Shown here in pieces: positions 47,416-53,736 of a stretch of 53,736 nucleotides of DNA. The stretch's first letter is position 1. Each line of letters opens with the position of its first letter. Source of the DNA: Macrostomum lignano (lineage: Eukaryota); the NCBI GenBank assembly GCA_002269645.1, contig NIVC01002547.1:1-53736 (forward strand), written 5' to 3'. The position numbers were made by a program, and so were the translations under genes. Below the pieces are notes generated by a model that was given only the letters and a program-made list of their open reading frames with translations, did no database searches and was not told the origin of the DNA.

Positions 47416-48429
47416 AGAAGATTTTCTTTCTCAAACAGACGAAATGCTCAACACGAGTTGAGTTGGGGACACAGAAAGGGCAATCAAAGCCACAGTTAGG
47501 GAGCAGAAAACAAGCAGAAAATAGTTGGACAAAGAAGCGCAGAGTATTTCTGCTTTAAGCATCGCAAAATAAATTTAGTCACAGAAGATAACAATATACT
47601 GCTATAAAATTTGTTTTATTAAGATTAAGGCAAAATCTCAGAGCAAAAGTATTGGTAGCTTCAAGTTTGGTGAAAAGTGACAGGTTCCGTGTTACAACGA
47701 CATTCTGGACTCATCAAGGAGCTCAAAATCATAAAAGGGCGGTGCGTTACTCACATTTCTAGAGTTTTAGTTGCTAAGGCGAAAAGAGTGTCTTTAGATG
47801 TAAAACAGAAACAGAAGCAGAAATGAATCGTTTCAAAACAGACTCGCTACAGGCAAAAAATTTCTGTTCCCGGTACTCGACCGCAAATCAATGAGGGATA
47901 AGCAGATAAATAATCGATAAAATAGTTCAATCGAAATCTTATATGCACGCAAGAATTTTCGAAAAAATATTCTTCTCACAAGTTCAGAAAACCTCAAATA
48001 CATAAAAAAAATTTCTCAAGTCGTGAGGCAATTGCAAAAGCCGCAATGGACAGAGGCGGCGAAACGCTCAGGCCATTGCGCAGGTGATTGAAACTGGGAC
48101 TGGGCAAAGACTGCGATGCCAGTCCAAACAGGTGAGATAGATCATTCTTGGGTTAAACATTAGCATGGACTGCAAATTAAAACAGCTCAGATTTGCACAG
48201 GACCAAAGTCCTTCCCATTCCTTCCTGTGCGAGCCAATAGCTTGAAATGGGAAAAGTAAAAAAAGTTGAAGATGCTCCACAGGTATCCCAAGAACTGGTT
48301 AAAGTATGGGATAAAGTTGCTATCACTGTAGTATTCAGGCCCCAACCCAACAGGTGTGCTGCATTGCTACCACAGACCAAAAAGTATAACGAGATTGCGC
48401 ACGAGGGGCAAAAATGTGTTCCTTTTCAA

Positions 48430-49033
48430 CAGGGGTCGGCAAACTTTTAATCTAAGGGCCAGATATAAAATCTGGTGCACAACTGCGGGCCAGAGAGGAA
48501 AGGGAATAAAGTAGAAAACGGAAGAAAGGAGAGAGGAGAGGAGAGGAGAGGAGAGGAGAGGAGAGGAGAGGAGAGGAGAGGAGAGGAGAGGAGAGAAGAG
48601 GAGAGGAGAGGAGATGAGAGGAGAGGAGAGGAGAGGAGAGGAGAGGAGAGGAGAGGAGAGGAGAGGAGAGGAGATGAGAGGAGAGGAGAGGAGAGGAGAG
48701 GAGAGGAGAGGAGAGGAGAGGAGAGGAGAGGAGAGGAGAGGAGAGGAGAGGAGAGGAGAGGAGAGGAGAGGAGAGGAGAGGAGAGGAGAGAGGAGAGGAG
48801 AGGAGAGGAGAGGAGAGGAGAGGAGAGGAGAGGAGAGGAGAGGAGAGGAGAGGAGAGGAGAGGAGAGGAGAGGAGAGGAGAGGAGAGGAGAGGAGAGGAG
48901 AGGAGAGGAGAGGAGAGGAGAGAGGAGAAAAGGACAAAAAAGAGAGCTGAGAAGAGACACAAACCCTGAGCGAGCCGGATTGCTATTGTGAAGTTTCATG
49001 GACCGAGGGCGGGACAGAGCTTGCCGACCCCTG
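48430..49033. mobile_element. hAT/Charlie-type MITE, 604 bp, 8-bp TSD CTTTTCAA, carrying an about 400-bp (AGAGG)n tract
   Basis: TIRs CAGGGGTCGGCAA and TTGCCGACCCCTG match 13/13. CTTTTCAA at 48422-48429 and 49034-49041. The left subterminal AAACTTTT...AAGGGCCAGAT resembles MER5/Charlie ends. Confidence 0.92.
48530..48925. repeat. (AGAGG)n pentanucleotide microsatellite, about 79 units
   Basis: Seen directly inside the MITE. Confidence 0.98.
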
Positions 49034-49041
49034 CTTTTCAA

Positions 49042-49315
49042 GTAGGACCCCTTCCCATCCTTTTGACCTTAGGCAGAAAGCCAGCGAATTGTTCCTCAAA
49101 GTCGGATTCCTTAAAGTGAATCGAGCAGACTTGTGTGGATGGCGATGGCTCGAAATCGTTCGTCTCAGAGCCATCAGCCACTTGTTACTCATTTCCTTGT
49201 CGTTTGGAAAATTATGGAAGGTCACTCTGGCCAGAGACAGCGCTGTGTTGTTTGAGCAGCCATGATTTCCTCTTCTCTTTCTCGGCAATGTGAAAGACTC
49301 CGATTTTTCTTCCAT
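49042..49315 (-). pseudogene. Decayed or frameshifted THAP zinc-finger domain
   Basis: HGCSN...VTFHNFPNDKEMSNKWLMALRR, then after a 1-nt shift near 49160, DFEPSPSTQVCSIHFKESDF. These match the THAP signatures GCSN, FHxFP, W and CSxHF. The first Zn-ligand Cys is not visible. Confidence 0.75.
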
Positions 49316-50025
49316 TTTGAGCACTTAATTTTTGAATAAGTTTGCTTAGCTGTTTAAATCTAGTTAGCATTGCTACTCTGGTCCCATTGCCACATTAATG
49401 TACTTCAGTACATGCTGATTTAACCGGGCAGGCAGCTGAAGAACAGGCAGTCTTCCCAGGCCCCGGACAGTTTTGGGGTGGCGTAGAGGGGAAATGTTTT
49501 GCTGTGTCATTTTGTCAAATACGAGCCCAGACAAGCAATGCTGGATGTGCAGTCTGGTTTCACTGTTTGGTCTGTGCTTGCTACTCATGTTGACGGCTTT
49601 AAATGGCATGGTAACGCGACCAAATGTGTCCTGACTCCGATGTCTCACACGCATATGTCTTTTACGAGGCAGTTTCAGTTGCAGCACAGCTTCTACAGAG
49701 TTACTCTTTGCCGAGTGTTCGTTTTAACAACAACTACAGGCTTTTAACAGTGAGATGGCCATAGCGTAGTCTGGGTAAAAAAGCATAAATCGAAGGTTTC
49801 ATTAAGGACGTCCTGCATTGATGGATTGAGGAAATAACTATAATTACCGACTCGAATAGGCTATTTTTTTCCAATTTTAGGTCCCTCACTTCAAGGTATT
49901 GTCCCACGAATTCTGAGTCTAGTTTGTTGCATCCAGAAATCCCGAGACACGGCTAAGACGGACCCAATTATGTCAACACCTTTAACGTCTAGACTGTTCC
50001 GTGATCCCAAGACACCTGCCCACAG

Positions 50026-51226
50026 TTAGACCTGCTTGCACCAGTTGTCCAGCTGCACGAACTCAGCCTGCGTGAGCAGTCGGGTGCTCATGGCGAAGCA
50101 GGACATGCTGCCTCGCACAGAGTACCTTGGCGTTTTAAGGTAGCCACCGAGCTCAATGCACTGGAACCTTGAGTTTGTTAGAGTGCCGGACGAGTCGGGG
50201 CTGGCCATCATGGCGGGGTGCATGCTGCCGTTGAAGAAGTAATGGGCGGCTCCGTTCGTGTCGTACGTCATCCCAGACGAGACCAAGGCAACGGAGCTGC
50301 TCCGAGTGAACACATTACCAGACTTGGTCAGAACATACTTCGGCTGGGGCGGCCAGTACATATCGTGCCAGAAGTTCCGGTCGTACGTGTAAAAGTCCTG
50401 CGACACTTTGTTCCCGACGCACTCGCGCATCGTCATGTAAGTTCCGCTGCGATGATGGAATATTTGAGAAGGTAAAATAAAAAATGTTTAAATGCCACAA
50501 TTCTAGTACAGAGGCGTACAAAAATCTGCTCACTCAATATTCATGGGATGCTTCGCCCGGACAAAAATGGAGAACTTGTGTCCTACGTTGAAGAAACCCT
50601 CGAAGCAGGGAGTGGCGGCCATCAGGAAGGAATTCGAATCCTCCACAAAGTGCGCCCCTGGGCATCGATGGTGGTTGCGCTGCCGCTCCACAGCCGGTAT
50701 TTGGACGGGTCGGCCGCGTTCTCCAGGCCGTGGGTGCCGAATCGGTAGAGCATCTTCAGGCTCAGCTGCTCAGCTATCGGCTCCGCCGACGCCCGCACCC
50801 TTTGACGCACTGAAATATTCAAGATAGTGGCTGCTGCTTGAAATGCTGGGCTTTGTGCTGAACTGGCTTGGTAATTTGGTTCACTGCAACTACCGGTCCG
50901 GTACAACCGAAAATGATTTGAACTCGCAAATTACCAGATTTGTAAGAGACACAGGGTCCGTTGGTCCACAGTCGGAGTCCCTCGCAGGTCGAGTTGCCAA
51001 GGTAGCAGAGTCCGGTCGTACGGGTGAAGTGGAACAGGTCGCAGTCCATGTCGGCGCTGCAAGCGGTGCCGCACAGCATCTTGGACTTGGCATGTCGGCT
51101 GGGCAGAGCGGAGATGTCGGGGCACAGAGCGACAGTAGCGAACCCGATGGAGGAGTGCTCCGAGCGGCAGTGGAGCAGCTGCAGCAGAGAGATGCAGCAG
51201 AACAGCAGCTGGCGTTTCAGTTCCAT
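50026..51226 (-). CDS. Secreted PAN/apple plus ConA/LamG-like protein, paralog B; exons 50935-51226, 50534-50809 (1 nt short in a G-run near 50656), 50026-50446
   Basis: Same exon structure and phases as paralog A. It has a C4 run where A has C5 (plus strand), shifting the frame after TTIDAQG. The downstream frame is intact (FLMAATPCFEG...RAKHPMNI). Confidence 0.78.
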
Positions 51227-51490
51227 GATTTTAAAGCAGTCAGAACAGCCAGGCGACTCAGCGAGGCTTTCTTTGAGCGAAGTCTAAATTTATAAAGGCC
51301 TAGCTAAGGCTTCTTCAGCCAGCCAACCATAGTTTTTGAGTCATTTGGCTCTGAAAGGCATTGCCTCGGTGCCTACAAGTCTTGAAAGCCATCTGTAGGC
51401 ACCTGCTGCCTAGTGCTTGCATAATAAGTGTTTTTAGTCCTGGTGTGCATTTCCGATGTACATCCAATATTCTTGGCTTTTTGTTTTTAA

Positions 51491-51614
51491 TGTACGCAGT
51501 CTCAACTGCAGGGTCGCTGCTAAATATATAAATCAATCGCACAGAGCCTACAATAGATTGAGGCTTTATCGGCTACACACACCACATAACTTTCTCTCGG
51601 CTTCGCTCTCTACA
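51491..51614 (+). mobile_element. Candidate short 5' LTR of the Gypsy element (TGT...ACA)
   Basis: Ends in CTACA one base before a TGG-initiated PBS-like site and contains TATATAAA. The left boundary is a guess because the 3' LTR is outside the window. Confidence 0.4.
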
Positions 51615-51615
51615 G

Positions 51616-51630
51616 TGGCGTCGCAAGCCG
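51616..51630 (+). promoter_or_regulatory. Candidate primer-binding site TGGCGTCGCAAG
   Basis: TGG complementary to tRNA CCA, located between the LTR-like end and the gag ATG. The cognate tRNA was not identified. Confidence 0.5.
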
Positions 51631-51652
51631 CCTACCGCGTGGTAAACAAATC

Positions 51653-53736
51653 ATGGCAGCCAACTTTCTCTCACTGCCCCCACCTGAGCCATTCTCAGTA
51701 TCAGCAGACCCACACAACGCGGGCAAGCGCTGGAGTCAATGGGCAGACCGCTTCGAAGATTTCATCGATGCATCAGGCATCACCAACGAGAAGCAAAAGT
51801 GCAAACTACTCAGCTACACAGCAGGCAAGGAAATCGCCGACATCATCCGCGAGGAGGCCAAGCCTGCAGCGGCCACAGAGGACGGCCAAGTCACCCTCAA
51901 GCAGACGCTGGACGCTTTGAAGACATTCTTCAACGGAAGAAAGAACATCGTATTTGCCAGATATCAGTTCCGCCTATGCACCCAGGCCACCGGAGAGTCC
52001 ATCGAATCCTGGTACGCCAGACTGCGCACTGCGGCAGAGCCGTGCGACTTCGAGCAGCTGAAGGACTCGCTCATCAGAGACCAGCTCGTGGCAACCTGCA
52101 GCTCTGACAAGCTGCGCAGGCGGCTGCTTCAGGAGGCGAACATCAGCCTGGAGGAGGCCTTGCGAAAGGCGAGGGCATTCGAGGCTGCTGAGGAACAAGC
52201 CACCGAGATGGAGAAGACAGACTCGCACGTGGCCAGCGTTGCCAAGGGCGACAAGGTGAGAACGAACAGGCGTGGCCCGGCTCAGACGACCAGCAGGCCC
52301 GGCGACCAGCAGCAGCGCACCTGCTACCGCTGCGGCGAGAAAGGCCACGCTACCTGCGACGCTGCCAAGGGCAAGATCTGCCACAACTGCGGCAAGCCCA
52401 ACCACCTCGCTCTTGCCTGCCGTCAGCCTCGGCAGTCAAACAGCAACCGGATCCCACAGCAGCAAATCAGCACCAATGCTGTATTCACAGCTGCCGACGG
52501 CTCCGTCAACGAGGATGTGTTCGCGCTGTACAACCGCGACAAATACCCATCCGACGTCTCACTGACTGTGCAGGTGGCAAACCGGCAGCTTCCCATGATG
52601 ATTGACAGCGGAGCCAGCTGCAGTATCATGAGTCTCGGCACCTTCAGAGCTCTCAGCCTGCCAAGCCCACGCCCAACAAGAGCCGAAGTTCGTGCCTATG
52701 GTGTACCGACACTCTCAGGATTGTGGGTACCGCCGATCTTGACATCCAAGTGGGATCTGCCAGAACTACCGCGACTTTCCACATCATGGACGGCGACGGG
52801 CTGACGATACTAGGGCGTCAGCCCGCATTCAAGCCAGGAGTGCTGAAGATCCAGCGACCTGAAGCTACCAAGCCGCAAAACATCAACGCCATCGCCGACA
52901 CCACACCCCCGAGCAGTATAGCGACCCCAGCTCAAGGCCATCCTGCAGAGGCACAAAGAATCTTCAACGGCATCGGCTGCATCAAGGGTGTAGAGGTCCA
53001 GATCCAGCTGTCCGATGACGCTGTTCCAGTCTGCCAGGCGCCCACGTGTGGCGGCGCACCTGAAAGAGGCCGTAGTGGACGAGCTCAAGGCTTTGGAGGA
53101 GCAGGGCATCATTGAGGCAGTCAAAGTCCTAGCGCCTGGGTGTCACGCATGGTGGTGGTGCCCAAGGGCGACGGTGGCATTCGAATCTGCCAAGACCTCC
53201 GTAATCTCAACGCTTTCGTCATCCCAGAGAAGCAGCAAATCCCACGCTGGACGAAATCACAGAGGAAATGGCAGACGCCAAGCTGTTCAGCGAACTCGAT
53301 ATCCGGAAGGCTTTTTATCAGATCCCAGTCCACGAGAGCAGCCGTCACCTCTTCACCTTCAGCACGCCCCTCGACTGATGCGGCTCAAGAGGCTCAGCAT
53401 GGGTTCACAAATGCCTCGGAAATCCTTCAACGAGTCATGCTTGGCATCCTCAGCGGCATCGACGGCGTCCGTGGGCGCACGACGACGTGGTGGTGTACGC
53501 CTCCGATATGAAACAGCACCATGAGAGGCTGGACGCCTGCCTTCAGCGCCTCCGAGAGTTCGGATCACTCTCAATCAGGACAAGTGCAGGTTCGCCCGGC
53601 CGACTGTCGAGTTTCTCGGGATGCGCCTGACCGCCCGGGCATGCAACCGGCCACCGAGAAAATTGACGCCATGCAGAACTTCCGAGAGCCCTCCAACGTG
53701 GCGACGTCCGCTCTTTCCTGGGAACCGCTAACTCCT
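51653..53736 (+). mobile_element. Ty3/Gypsy LTR retrotransposon (Mag-like): gag with two CCHC knuckles, aspartic protease, reverse transcriptase; multiple frameshifts; truncated by window end
   Basis: LPPPEPF...W..W..RFE gag start, CYRCGEKGHATC and CHNCGKPNHLALAC, MIDSGASCSIM protease, SRMVVVPKGDGGIRICQDLRNLN, KLFSELDIRKAFYQIP, DDVVVYA and CRFA..TVEFLG. Confidence 0.95.

Noticed and set aside
48367-49041. LLSSP and EERRG repeat ORFs
   Set aside because: Translations of (AGAGG)n.

Overview
Eukaryotic (animal) genomic DNA. GC-rich, CTG/GCC-biased exons with GT-AG introns inflated by intron-specific minisatellites resemble the flatworm Macrostomum (inference, not verified). From left to right: a frameshifted TMEM272-like CDS cut by the window edge (1-497, -). 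An AT-rich transposon nest follows: a degraded hAT MITE, a MULE-like element with a 9-bp TSD, a hAT element with an 8-bp TSD, a solo-LTR candidate and a near-perfect 1.54-kb triplication (2-13 kb). A compact gene block holds RRS1 (+, 2 exons), VAC14 (+, 9 exons, 725 aa) and SPAG16/PF20 (-, at least 6 exons). Next come a divergent 14-exon ionotropic glutamate receptor (-, about 945 aa) and an intronless acidic EEADGAA-repeat ORF (+). Two tandem paralogs encode secreted PAN/apple plus LamG-like proteins with near-identical ends and a divergent middle. The window ends with a decayed THAP domain next to a hAT/Charlie MITE carrying (AGAGG)n, and the 5' part of a Ty3/Gypsy retrotransposon. Most notable signals: minisatellites built from exon-intron junctions, giving stacked copies of the true splice donor; an intronic array of Pol III B-box motifs; the constant/variable mosaic of the PAN-LamG pair; and the operon-like RRS1-VAC14 spacing. 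All analysis was done by eye; copy numbers are approximate and family names come from recalled motifs, not database searches.
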